DNA of 64,000 bases from Akkermansia sp. Lineage in GTDB: Bacteria > Verrucomicrobiota > Verrucomicrobiia > Verrucomicrobiales > Akkermansiaceae. Positions 31,500 through 40,559 of the stretch are shown piece after piece. Where the stretch lies: the NCBI GenBank assembly GCA_045132635.1, contig JBGUSR010000026.1:983-64982 (forward strand). The letters run 5' to 3'. Positions within the stretch are counted from its first letter, which is position 1. Every line of letters starts with the position of its first letter. The translations under genes and the position numbers were made by a program. A model generated the notes under the pieces. The model was not told the origin of the DNA, did not search any database, and was given only the letters and a program-made list of their open reading frames with translations.

Positions 31500-31790
31500 G
31501 ATAATAAGAATGAGTTTGTTAAATGTGATAAAGCACCGCTTCCGTCCGGGATATCACACACCTTCGCGCGCGAGGAGTGCCATACCAAGCCCCAGCGGTA
31601 CGGCGACAGTATACGGCATTGTCAATGCTATGTACAGACAATTATGCAAAAACATTGATAAAAATGATTCATGAGCAGTCTTATATCGCATTTACCACAA
31701 GGACCGCTGTTCTACACCAAGAGCAGCGGCTCTTTTCCTTTCCCCGGGAAACACCATTCGCGACAGCCCTTCCTGTTCCGAATCCGGAAA

Positions 31791-32525
31791 TCAACCCAGG
31801 GTTCCCAGGGCATCCAGGCTCTGGCGGCAGAGGGCGGCGGACCACTGGCCGGGGGCGGTGGGGATATCGCCCAGGTAGCCGTAGATCAGGCATGCGCCGT
31901 GCTGAGCGTAGAGAAGGCGGCTCACCGCGCCCAGGGGACCCATGCCCATGACGGTGGTTGCACCGGAAGCGCGGCGCAGGAGCTGCACGCCGGTCATCAT
32001 ATCCTCCGCACGGAGCAGACGGAAGGCAAACTTGGCGACATCTGCCCCCAGGGCGCGGGCGGTCTGCTCCTTTTCCAGCAGAGTTTCCAGCGCGGGAGTC
32101 TTTTCAAAATCGTGAGCAGAGGCGATGACAGGCACCCCGGCGGCGTGAGCTTCGGCCACCAGTTCCAAAGCCTCGGGCAGCAGGGCAATCTCCCAATCCA
32201 GCGCAGAGGCCAGGGGCAGCAGGGCGCGGGCAATGCGCAGACGCTCCGCCGGGCTCATGGGGCGCAGGCCACCCTCGCTCTCGTGGCGCACCGTAACCAG
32301 CACGGGGCGGCAGCAGTGCATGGCAGCCAGCGCCGCCCAGTCTGTATCAGCCGGCAAACCATCTGCCCGCAGCTCCACCACATCGCACGGCAACGACTCC
32401 GCCGCACAGGCGGCATTCCAGGCAGCCATATCAGAAACAGACCCCACCACCAGCGGGCGGGTAAAGGAAAGGCGGGCGCGTGCGTTCATGCGGCGTATTC
32501 TATACCAATCGCCCCCGGCTGGCAA
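31791..32525 (-). CDS. aroD: type I 3-dehydroquinate dehydratase
   Basis: 244 aa. VVELRADGL, VTVRHESEGG, ASAHDFEKTP, ADVAKFAF (Schiff-base Lys context), TVMGMGPLGAVSRLL and APGQ align with E. coli AroD landmarks. Confidence 0.8.
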   Translation of the reverse strand: MPAGGDWYRIRRMNARARLSFTRPLVVGSVSDMAAWNAACAAESLPCDVVELRADGLPADTDWAALAAMHCCRPVLVTVRHESEGGLRPMSPAERLRIARALLPLASALDWEIALLPEALELVAEAHAAGVPVIASAHDFEKTPALETLLEKEQTARALGADVAKFAFRLLRAEDMMTGVQLLRRASGATTVMGMGPLGAVSRLLYAQHGACLIYGYLGDIPTAPGQWSAALCRQSLDALGTLG

Positions 32526-32582
32526 GCGAATATGCAGCTATTTGCTATTGCGTTGGCAGTTGGAACATGGTAGCATGCAGCC

Positions 32583-32969
32583 ATGGCTTACAGTTTTGAG
32601 GATGCAGTGGAACAGATTCTGCAGAAGAACGAAGATTACCCGGCCGATGCGTACTTTTTCATCCGCGCTGCGCTGGATGCCACTGTGGAGAAATGCCGCA
32701 AGCCGGCAGAGAATCCGCACCTGAGCGCAGAGGAGCTGTACTTCGGGTTCTGCGCCTATGCGCTGGAAGAATACGGCCCGCTGGCGCTGGCGGTGATGGA
32801 GCAGTGGAATATCACCACATCCTCTGACGTGGGCAACCTGGTGTACAACCTGATTGAGGTGGGCGTGTTCGGCAAGCAGGACGGCGACCGCCAGGAGCAG
32901 TTCGATAACCTGACGCCCGTTTCCCTGCTGCTCGATGCCCCCTACGAAACCCTCACACTCCCGAACTGA
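32583..32969 (+). CDS. conserved hypothetical protein (Minf_1886-like, PVC-restricted family as I recall it)
   Basis: 128 aa with ATG start: YPADAYFFIRAALDATV ... HLSAEELYFGFCAYALEEYGPLALAVMEQWNITTSSDVGNLVYNLIEVGVFGKQ. The family name is from memory and unverified. Confidence 0.6.
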   Translation: MAYSFEDAVEQILQKNEDYPADAYFFIRAALDATVEKCRKPAENPHLSAEELYFGFCAYALEEYGPLALAVMEQWNITTSSDVGNLVYNLIEVGVFGKQDGDRQEQFDNLTPVSLLLDAPYETLTLPN

Positions 32970-32973
32970 TACC

Positions 32974-34023
32974 ATGAGCACTGAAGCTATGCAAGGAACA
33001 GAGCTGCGCTGGCCCGCTGAATGGGAACCGATGGAGGCTGTGTGGCTCTCCTGGCCGCACCGCGATGACCTCTGGCAGGGCGGGCTGCAGGAGCTGCACG
33101 GCCGCTATGCTGAGCTGGCTGCAGCCATTGCCGCAGAGGCCGAGGTGCGTATCAACGCCGCGGCTCCGCTGCACGCCGGCATCGACAAGCTGCTACGAGC
33201 CCGCGGGGTGCAGAACTTCCGCCTGTATGACCACCCCACCAATGATGTGTGGTGTCGCGACCACGGGCCGATTTTCACCAGGCGCCAGGATGGCGGCATG
33301 CAGCTGGCCAACTGGACCTTCAACGCCTGGGGCGGCAAGTTTGCACCCTGGAATCTGGACAATGAAGTACCCGCCCGCATAGCCGCCAGCCTGGGGCTGC
33401 CGCAGCTCTGCAGTGATATTATTCTGGAGGGCGGCGCTATCGAAGGCAACGGCGAGGGGCTGGTGCTCACCACTGAGGCGGTGCTGCTGAACCCGAACCG
33501 CAACCCTGGCTGCACCAAGGCTGATATTGAAGCCGAGATGCACCGCATGCTGGGCACCACGCATGTGTTCTGGCTGGGCAGCGGCATCGAGGGTGATGAT
33601 ACCGATGGCCACATCGATGACATGGTGCGATTTGTAAACCCGGAAGCGGTGGTTTCCATTGTGGAGCCCGACCCGCACTCCCCGCACTACCGCGCCCTGG
33701 CAGAGAACAACGAACGACTGCAGGATCTGCGCACCCCCTCCGGCCACCGCGTGGAGATTATCCCCCTGCCCATGCCGCAGCCGCTGGTAGCGCAGGACTG
33801 GCGCCTGGAGCAGCTGCCTGCCAGCTATGCTAATTTCCTCATCTGCAACGGCAGCGTGATTGTACCCATCTTCATGCAGGACAAGGAGGACGACCGCGCG
33901 CTGGGCATTCTGCGCGAGGCATTCCCCGGCCGCCGCGTGGTAGGCATTGATGCCCGCCGCCTGGTTATTGAAGGCGGCGCCATTCACTGCATCACCCAGC
34001 AACAACCCAAAGGGAAGGAATAA
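32974..34023 (+). CDS. aguA: agmatine deiminase
   Basis: RWPAEWEPMEAVWLSWPHR, NDVWCRDHGPIF, DTDGHIDD and the C-terminal GGAIHCITQQQP (catalytic Cys). ATG 32974 avoids overlap with the previous gene; the track start is 32935. Confidence 0.9.
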   Translation: MSTEAMQGTELRWPAEWEPMEAVWLSWPHRDDLWQGGLQELHGRYAELAAAIAAEAEVRINAAAPLHAGIDKLLRARGVQNFRLYDHPTNDVWCRDHGPIFTRRQDGGMQLANWTFNAWGGKFAPWNLDNEVPARIAASLGLPQLCSDIILEGGAIEGNGEGLVLTTEAVLLNPNRNPGCTKADIEAEMHRMLGTTHVFWLGSGIEGDDTDGHIDDMVRFVNPEAVVSIVEPDPHSPHYRALAENNERLQDLRTPSGHRVEIIPLPMPQPLVAQDWRLEQLPASYANFLICNGSVIVPIFMQDKEDDRALGILREAFPGRRVVGIDARRLVIEGGAIHCITQQQPKGKE

Positions 34024-34081
34024 GGATTAGGGATTAAGGACTAATCAGAATACAGGCGGGCTGGAAGCCCGCGGAACTGTT

Positions 34082-34106
34082 CAATAGTCAATAGTCAATA
34101 GTCAAT
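34082..34106. repeat. CAATAGT heptamer array (3 perfect units plus partial)
   Basis: caatagt x3 at 34082-34102, then caatc. TAG at 34086, 34093 and 34100 covers all three + frames. tca at 34081, 34088, 34095 and 34102 gives TGA in all three minus frames. Confidence 0.85.
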
Positions 34107-34135
34107 CAAAAAGGGCTCCTTCCGGAGCCCTTTCT
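34107..34135. terminator. bidirectional rho-independent terminator between aguA and the metalloprotease gene
   Basis: Stem gggctcc / ggagccc with loop ttcc, flanked by aaaaa (left) and tttct (right). Confidence 0.7.
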
Positions 34136-34137
34136 GG

Positions 34138-35331
34138 TTAATATCCTTGCCACATGGTTTCCGGCTTGGAGAGCGGAATCACATCGCCGGGTTTCAGGGT
34201 GGACCAATCGAAGGTGGTTCTCCAGCGGTAGCGGTTGCCGTTCTTCTGCACCAGCAGGATATCGATACCCTGCTCAGCCTTACCGGTGTTCTTGCGGTCG
34301 GCAAGCTCTGCCACGGGAATGGTGACGGTGTAGGTGCCGGGCACCTCAGCCTCCAGGCAAAAGGCCACGGCATCGTAATCCTGGTTCACGTTGTAGGGAG
34401 GGTCCTGCACAAGCACGTTCACGTACTCACAGTTTGTGCAGGTCACGGAGAGTTTCAGGCTATCGCCTGCCCACTTGAAGCTGGCAGCCTGCACCACCGG
34501 GGCAGGACATTCAGCGTAGAACTCCGTCTTATCACCGGCGGGGGCAAATACCTGGCAGCAATCCAACAAGCGGGCAGAGTTCTGCGTGAGGTAGGTGGGC
34601 CGCATGCCGAAGGTGTAGTTACCGGCGCCCATGAGCGGCGTGCCAAGGGCAGCCTTCTCGCTCACCGGGCCCTCGTTGTGCGGCAGGTTCAGGCCATGGC
34701 CCAGTTCATGAGCCAGACCACCCAGCCACTTGGTAAGCAGGCGCCCCTCGTGCGTATTCTGGCCAATGTGGCTCAGGTCGAAGTGGGTATAGTCCAGAGC
34801 AAAGCAGTTACGCCCCAGACCGTAGAAGGGCACGCCACCCGGGTTCAGGTCGTTGTACTCGTCATTCTGGAAAGTGGGCATGATGACCAGAGTATGGCCG
34901 CTGCAGATAGCACCGGGATTTGCCTTGGCATACTCGGCAATGTCCTCTAGGCACTTGCCGTGGCCGGTTCCATAGGCATAATCGGTGGCGGGGTACTTAC
35001 CGCGCACCACGTGCAGTTTCACGTTGCCGTTCTCCATAAGCTGGAGCCCGAAAGTGCGGCCGGGGTAGCCCAGGCGGGTCATCTCCTTGGCGTAGTACTG
35101 CTGCACATAAAGCATCAGTTCGCTGATACGGCGTTCAAAATCAGCAGAGGGTTCGTTATCATTACCCAGGAAATAGACCACATTGAGAGGGCGCTCGGCA
35201 GGAACAATCTGCACCTCCTCAGCGAGGAGTTCCTTTGCCCGGTCAGAGAAATGGACAGGCACGGCGGCCATGCTCAGCGGGGTCATCAACAGCGCGGCGG
35301 CTACATAAGTCGTTGCGTTCATGCGGTCCAT
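34138..35331 (-). CDS. secreted zinc metallopeptidase (HExxHxxxxxH)
   Basis: Signal peptide MDRMNATTYVAAALLMTPLSMAA; starts at 35331 or 35322 are likelier than the track start 35370. Zinc site HELGHGLNLPHN with a possible Met-turn (TPLMGAG) about 20 aa later. The C-terminal ~100 aa look like a beta-sandwich. Confidence 0.8.
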   Translation of the reverse strand: MDRMNATTYVAAALLMTPLSMAAVPVHFSDRAKELLAEEVQIVPAERPLNVVYFLGNDNEPSADFERRISELMLYVQQYYAKEMTRLGYPGRTFGLQLMENGNVKLHVVRGKYPATDYAYGTGHGKCLEDIAEYAKANPGAICSGHTLVIMPTFQNDEYNDLNPGGVPFYGLGRNCFALDYTHFDLSHIGQNTHEGRLLTKWLGGLAHELGHGLNLPHNEGPVSEKAALGTPLMGAGNYTFGMRPTYLTQNSARLLDCCQVFAPAGDKTEFYAECPAPVVQAASFKWAGDSLKLSVTCTNCEYVNVLVQDPPYNVNQDYDAVAFCLEAEVPGTYTVTIPVAELADRKNTGKAEQGIDILLVQKNGNRYRWRTTFDWSTLKPGDVIPLSKPETMWQGY

Positions 35332-35415
35332 TCTACCAAAAAAACGATTCTGCCGCAAGAAAAAGAGCACTACCGCCTCAGCAGTAGTGCCCTACAAAGT
35401 TATTCAAGCCGAAAA

Positions 35416-35739
35416 TCAGGCAGCCTTGATGGCAGCGATGAGCTTGTCCTTGGTGGTCATGCCGGTGATGGTGGTCACAGCCTCGCCACCCTTGAAAATG
35501 ATGAAGGTAGGCAGAGAGCGCACACCATAGCGCACAGCGATGGCCTGACCAGCGGGCTGGCCGGCATCCACCTTCACCACCTTGGCCTCAGCGCCCAGGG
35601 CAGTGCCCACCTGCTCCACAGCAGGCATCATCATCTTGCAGGTGCCGCACCAGGTGGCCCAGAAATCGACCAGTACGGGTACGGGGGAGTTGAGGACCTC
35701 TGCCTCAAACGTGCTCTCAGTTACTTCTTTGAGTGCCAT
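35416..35739 (-). CDS. thioredoxin-family protein with WCGTCK active site
   Basis: 107 aa from ATG 35739 (MALKEVTESTFEAEVLNSPVPVLVDFWATWCGTCKMM...). The track ORF extends to 35793. Confidence 0.85.
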   Translation of the reverse strand: MALKEVTESTFEAEVLNSPVPVLVDFWATWCGTCKMMMPAVEQVGTALGAEAKVVKVDAGQPAGQAIAVRYGVRSLPTFIIFKGGEAVTTITGMTTKDKLIAAIKAA

Positions 35740-35839
35740 ATACGTTATGTTTTTCGTTTTTTGTTGTAAAAAGCACCGCCTGGTGATAACCACCGGCGGT
35801 GCTGGTTCTTGTTCAGAATTTCATGCGGTGGCAGGTGCG

Positions 35840-36163
35840 TTACATGCAGGCCCGCAGCCGAGCCACCAGATTCTCCTTGGAAGTGGCACCCACAATAGTA
35901 TCCACCAGCTCACCACCGCGGAAGAACATCAGGGTGGGAATGGAGCGGATAGCAAAGTGGTTGCAGAGTTCCTGAGTATTATCCTCATCCACATTCACCT
36001 TGCAGACCCTGGCCTGCCCGGCAAGCTCCACTGCAATCTGATCCACAATGGGGGAAATCATCTTGCACGGACCACACCAGGGAGCCCAGAAATCCACCAG
36101 CACGGGTACAGGGCTCTGGAGAACCTCCGTTTCGAAATCGCTGTCTGTAATCTGTAATGCCAT
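35840..36163 (-). CDS. trxA: thioredoxin
   Basis: 107 aa: MALQITDSDFETEVLQSPVPVLVDFWAPWCGPCKMISP... with the canonical WCGPC site. Confidence 0.93.
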   Translation of the reverse strand: MALQITDSDFETEVLQSPVPVLVDFWAPWCGPCKMISPIVDQIAVELAGQARVCKVNVDEDNTQELCNHFAIRSIPTLMFFRGGELVDTIVGATSKENLVARLRACM

Positions 36164-36205
36164 GGTGAGGGATGAGACTCAGGAAGCCTCTCTTCCGTTG
36201 AAAAA

Positions 36206-37153
36206 TTACTCTTCTTCGTCGGAGGCTTCTTCCTCGCCTCCGTCACCTTCATCTTCAGAAGCAGCATCCTCCTCGGTGGCTTCTTCCTCATCACCGGCGG
36301 AGATATCCTCAGAAGCGCCATCAGACGGCCAGCCGAAGGTCGGCTCGGATACACGGCCGAAGGTCGTGTCGATAGCGTACTGCTGGTAGCAGAGGTACAG
36401 AACAGCCAGAAGGGCAATCACCGTCACCACAAGCACCGTGGGATGCGTGGGCTTGGTCTCCTCTTCCTCGATAATTTCGGCAGCCTTCTTCTTGGAAGTA
36501 GCGGAGGGCTTGGCAGCGCCAGTCTTGGCACCAGCCTTTACACCAGGTCTTGCAGGCTTGGCGGGCTTGGAAACAGGAACCGTGGCCGTAGGTGCAGCGG
36601 GAGCTGCATCTGCAGCAGGCTTGGCAGGAGCTGCGGGAAGCGGAGCCGTGGCAACCGGGGCTGCAGGGGCAGCAGGGACTGCGGGTGCTGCAGGCTTAGG
36701 AGCAATGGGTGCAGTGGGGGGCGCAGCGGGTCTGGGGGCTGCGGGTGCGGCGGGAGCGCCAGGTGCAGCGGGGCGGGCAGGAGCCTGCAGCGGCATGGTC
36801 GGCGTCATGCGCGGAGCAACGGGAGCCACCGGACGGGCAGGAGCTGCGGGTGCCAGCGGAACTGTGGAAGCAGCGCGGGGCGCAGTGGGGGGCACAGGAG
36901 CACCAGGAGCAGCGGGACGAGGAGGCACAGGAGCAGTAGGTGCCGCAGGAGCCACCGGACGCGGCGGCATGGGAGCTGCAGGCGCGGCGGGAGCCACCGG
37001 GCGCGGGGGCACAGGAGCAGTGGGAGCTGCGGGTGCTACCGGACGGGGAGCGGTGGGAGGAACCGGGCGCGGAGGAGTCGGAGGAAGAGGAGGAGTACTC
37101 ATAACGTCAGTAAAGTCTGGTGCCGCGATAGCGGATTTCTTCTTATATTGCAT
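36206..37153 (-). CDS. Pro/Ala-rich repeat protein with one TM helix and an acidic C-terminal tail
   Basis: ATG 37153 (MQYKKKSAIAAPDF); the track start 37183 is GTG. Repeats PPRPVAPAAPTAPV / PPRPVAPAAPAAPM / PPRPVAPAAPTAPV. TM helix HPTVLVVTVIALLAVLYLCYQQY. Tail rich in D/E. The strand was chosen by neighbour orientation and the TM/tail logic. Two + frame ORFs over the same DNA were rejected. Confidence 0.55.
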   Translation of the reverse strand: MQYKKKSAIAAPDFTDVMSTPPLPPTPPRPVPPTAPRPVAPAAPTAPVPPRPVAPAAPAAPMPPRPVAPAAPTAPVPPRPAAPGAPVPPTAPRAASTVPLAPAAPARPVAPVAPRMTPTMPLQAPARPAAPGAPAAPAAPRPAAPPTAPIAPKPAAPAVPAAPAAPVATAPLPAAPAKPAADAAPAAPTATVPVSKPAKPARPGVKAGAKTGAAKPSATSKKKAAEIIEEEETKPTHPTVLVVTVIALLAVLYLCYQQYAIDTTFGRVSEPTFGWPSDGASEDISAGDEEEATEEDAASEDEGDGGEEEASDEEE

Positions 37154-37227
37154 TTTTTTCACGCTTTTGCAAGCGGAAAACACCAGCGTGCGATATTTTT
37201 TTAGTTTTTAGTGAAAAAGCGAGGGCA

Positions 37228-39312
37228 TTATCTGGCTTGATTAACCAAGGAGCGATACAACGCAGGCCGCCCACCCGGCTGAGCAGGCAGCTGCCAGCTA
37301 TCATCCGGCTGAGGGCAGATTAAGCGCAGCATATGCACATCCTGCTTTGCTACGCGAATCTGCTGGGGAAGCTCCGGCTTGATACCGCCATGTTCCTTCC
37401 AGGGCTGAGCCCCCGAACGCCAGATAACATTGAAATGAATTCCGGAGACGCTGTTCATCTTCAGCGCGTAATCCATGAGCGACAGTGCCCGTGCATGATT
37501 ACCCTGCTGCATTTCATAGCGTCCCCACATGAGCAGGTTATAGGCATAGTAAGCAGGCCAGTTATTCAGCAGAGAAGCGGGCATCGACTCGCCTGCATAG
37601 CTCTCGCGCATCAGCTGCTCAGCCTCGGCGTGCTTATGCTGAGCAACCAGGACATCCACCAGCATGGTCAGGGTAAACAACTGCCGGGGATTCGCCTTCA
37701 GCGCCGTTTTGAGAAGCTGCTCACGCTCGGCCAGATCCGGGGCATACGGCGGCAGCATAAAGTATGTATCCGCCAAAGCCGGGCTGGGGTACAGCGGCAT
37801 CAGCCGTGCAATAAAATCGCGCCTCGCATCGCCGCGGGGGTCAACCCTCGGATTGCACAAATCATTATACGCCCACTGAGCCTCCCAGGGATGCCACAAG
37901 CGATAGGCAAGGCGCCCGGATATAATCCCCAGGCCGCAGGCAAGCCCGATAAGCAGCACACGCCCCGGCCACTTCTGCACCACCACCCGCACCACCGGCG
38001 CATGGCCCGCAGCCCAGTTTCTGCGGCCCAGCAAGGCAGATGCCTGGTGGGGGAACGGAGAAGCCAGCACGCCAGCCGCAAAGGCCGTAAAAGCCACTAG
38101 AGCATAGGAATGCCACGGGAAATCCACCAGCGCATAAACGGACAGACTGACCAGCACCAGGCTGCACGCCACAACAAGCACCTTGCGGTGAGGCTCCACA
38201 AGCTCCTCCCCCAGGCAGATGAATCCACGCACCACATGAGCCAACACTACACCCAGCATAAGCACTACCCCCACGGGGCCATAATCCACCCATGCCTGCA
38301 GGTACTCATTGTGAGCGTAATTCGGCAGCTGCCACTCATTGTAGTACGGCACAATTTCCCACTGCATGGCATTTGCCCCGTGGCCGATAACCGGAACGGT
38401 CGGCAGCACCTCGCAGACGGCTGACCAGATAAGGTAACGCAGGTGAGAATCCGCCCCGGTAATCAGCGAAGCCAATTCCCCACCGAAGAAGAACTCATAC
38501 ACAGCAAGCCCCGCCATCAGCAGCAACGCCAGACCGGCAATAAAATGAACTGAGCCCAGCTTCCTGTCTGCCCAGATGCGGCACAGCACATACTGCAACC
38601 AGCCTACCACCAGCAGGCAGGGAATAACCATATACACCGCTCGGGTACCGCACATGAACGACACCCCCAATGACGCCAGAGCCAAGAAAATGAACACCCA
38701 CCGCAGCAGGCCCCGCTTCATCCAGATGCCCCAGATGCCGACCAGCACACCACCCACGCACATGAACACACCGGCAAAGTTCTTATACACAAACAAGGTG
38801 GTGGGCAGAGAGTTCGCCCCGGCAAAAGTCTGCGGTGCGCGCCCGGTCCATTCCAGGCAGAACCAGGGCTGCCGCACCACGGCAAAGGCTAGCATGTTCA
38901 GCAGCAGGGCACCACCCAGCACGCAGAACAAGGGGGTATACCCCCGGCTCTGCGCGGCATACACCCCGGCAACGTAATAAACAAAAGCACCCAGTATCAG
39001 CACTGTTTCGCACCAGGAATCCACCACGGCATAGCTGAACATACAGCGCAGCAGGAAATACCCGCCCACCAGCAGAGAGAGCCAGCCCAGCCAGCTCATG
39101 CTCACCACACGCTGCCCAGCCAGAAGCCCCCCGAGCACCAGCAGCAACACAACAACCAGCACCACACACACCGGGAAAGAACTGAAAGCATGAGCATCTA
39201 CACCACTCATTGAAAACACCCACAGCAGGGCAAGCAACACCCCGGCCAGACGTCCGGGAATACTCTCCGTCAGACGCATTGATTTTTTCTCATCTGCCAT
39301 GAGCGGCATCAT
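37228..39312 (-). CDS. O-antigen ligase (Wzy_C)-like polytopic membrane protein with C-terminal TPR-like domain
   Basis: About 10 TM helices. YAHNEYLQAWVDYGPVGVVLM resembles the O-antigen ligase loop motif. The C-terminal ~200 aa are helical repeats. The start is ambiguous (ATGs at 39312, 39309, 39300, 39279; the track gives 39387). Confidence 0.75.
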   Translation of the reverse strand: MMPLMADEKKSMRLTESIPGRLAGVLLALLWVFSMSGVDAHAFSSFPVCVVLVVVLLLVLGGLLAGQRVVSMSWLGWLSLLVGGYFLLRCMFSYAVVDSWCETVLILGAFVYYVAGVYAAQSRGYTPLFCVLGGALLLNMLAFAVVRQPWFCLEWTGRAPQTFAGANSLPTTLFVYKNFAGVFMCVGGVLVGIWGIWMKRGLLRWVFIFLALASLGVSFMCGTRAVYMVIPCLLVVGWLQYVLCRIWADRKLGSVHFIAGLALLLMAGLAVYEFFFGGELASLITGADSHLRYLIWSAVCEVLPTVPVIGHGANAMQWEIVPYYNEWQLPNYAHNEYLQAWVDYGPVGVVLMLGVVLAHVVRGFICLGEELVEPHRKVLVVACSLVLVSLSVYALVDFPWHSYALVAFTAFAAGVLASPFPHQASALLGRRNWAAGHAPVVRVVVQKWPGRVLLIGLACGLGIISGRLAYRLWHPWEAQWAYNDLCNPRVDPRGDARRDFIARLMPLYPSPALADTYFMLPPYAPDLAEREQLLKTALKANPRQLFTLTMLVDVLVAQHKHAEAEQLMRESYAGESMPASLLNNWPAYYAYNLLMWGRYEMQQGNHARALSLMDYALKMNSVSGIHFNVIWRSGAQPWKEHGGIKPELPQQIRVAKQDVHMLRLICPQPDDSWQLPAQPGGRPALYRSLVNQAR

Positions 39313-39395
39313 ACCAAATACCCCCCTGCCCCGCAAGCACACATGCAAAAAAACTTGACAGCCTACCGAAAGTATGCCAGAGTTCACGCGAAAAT

Positions 39396-40469
39396 ATGAA
39401 ACTGCTTTTAGCCCTCACCGACCAGAGTTTCAAGGCCACAAAATCTGTGGGTATCTTCAATGTATCCATGGGGCTGGCACGGGGGCTGATGCAGGCGCCG
39501 GGAGTTTCGGAGCTGCACCTGCTGGGGAATGACGAATGCGCTTCCCATTTCACCAACTTACCGCCGCATGTACACCTGCACCTGGCAGATAAGCCCGTAC
39601 CCCGCAAGTTCGGCCGCGTGTGGTGGGACCAGGCAGGCGTGTGCGCCGCCATTCGCCGCCTCAAGCCGGACTGGGCCATTCTCCCCAAGGGATTCCCGCC
39701 CTTTTTCCCCATGCTGGGCAAAACAAAGCTGGCATGCTACCTGCACGATGTGAACTGGGAATACTATGAGCAGCACCAGGGAGAGGGCGATTCCCCCTTC
39801 CCGAAGCACGAGCTCATTTACTTCCGCATGCTGGGGCTCCGCTCTCTGCAGGTTTCCGACCTGGTGCTCACCTCCACCCAGTTCAACAAGAGCCGCTATG
39901 AGCACTACTGCCCCGGCTGCCGCACCGCGGTAGTGGGCATCGGGTTCGACGACGAGCCGCGCGCCTACCAGCCAGCAGGCGGACGTGACTTGCTGTTCTA
40001 TGCCTCGCCCTTCCCGCACAAGCTCACCCAGCTGGGCATACGCCGTGTGGAAAGCTGGCTACAACAGCGCAGCAATGCCGCCCATATCCGTATTCACCTG
40101 ATTGGCAGGCTCCCCCAGAACTGCCCCCTGCCCGGCGCACACTGGGTGCAGCATGGGCGGCTTCCGTTCGATGAATTACAGCGCATCATGCAGCAGGAAA
40201 CACGCTGCGCCATCTATTTCTCTGACTACGAAGGCTTCGGCATGCCCCCGGTGGAATGCCTGCGCGCCGGCGTTCCCTGCATTGCCAGCGCCCTGCCCCC
40301 CATTTGCGAAAACATACCTGCCCGCTTCACTTTCAACAACGAGGATGAGGCAGATTTCATCCGCACCCTGAATGCCGCCTATGACGCACCGGATATGGCA
40401 GACCTGCCCCAGTTCCCCTGCTGGCAGGAGGTAGCCCGCCGCTGCGTAGCAGCCATGCAGCAGGCGTAA
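39396..40469 (+). CDS. glycosyltransferase family 1/GT4-like
   Basis: 357 aa. The C-terminal FSDYEGFGMPPVECLRAGVPCIAS matches the E-x-FG...E motif of the GT4 fold. Divergent from the O-antigen-ligase-like gene. Confidence 0.8.
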   Translation: MKLLLALTDQSFKATKSVGIFNVSMGLARGLMQAPGVSELHLLGNDECASHFTNLPPHVHLHLADKPVPRKFGRVWWDQAGVCAAIRRLKPDWAILPKGFPPFFPMLGKTKLACYLHDVNWEYYEQHQGEGDSPFPKHELIYFRMLGLRSLQVSDLVLTSTQFNKSRYEHYCPGCRTAVVGIGFDDEPRAYQPAGGRDLLFYASPFPHKLTQLGIRRVESWLQQRSNAAHIRIHLIGRLPQNCPLPGAHWVQHGRLPFDELQRIMQQETRCAIYFSDYEGFGMPPVECLRAGVPCIASALPPICENIPARFTFNNEDEADFIRTLNAAYDAPDMADLPQFPCWQEVARRCVAAMQQA

Positions 40470-40491
40470 AGGCGATTTTACTTTCAAACTT

Positions 40492-40534
40492 AAAAAAATT
40501 GAAGAAGGACAAGCTTTGCAGCTTGTCCTTCTTC
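40492..40534 (-). terminator. rho-independent terminator of rpsU
   Basis: 14-bp stem gaagaaggacaagc / gcttgtccttcttc with loop tttgca. On the minus strand it is followed by aattttttt. Confidence 0.75.
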
Positions 40535-40559
40535 AGAAAACTTTCCCGAACAGTGGGAT

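Noticed and set aside
31690-31760. Hairpin ccgctgttct-acacca-agagcagcgg followed by ctcttttcctttcc, suggesting a + strand sRNA terminator upstream of aroD
   Set aside because: No convincing + strand promoter or gene lies upstream. The hairpin lies about 40 nt downstream of the aroD stop and can equally act as the aroD (minus-strand) terminator. The evidence is too weak to call either way.
36438-37211. Two + strand ORFs (Gly/Ala-rich and Arg/Ser/Gly/Cys-rich) over the Pro/Ala-repeat gene
   Set aside because: They are open only because of the GC-rich repeat. All neighbours are minus-strand. The minus frame alone has a plausible ATG, a TM helix and a distinct tail. Strand choice remains at moderate confidence.
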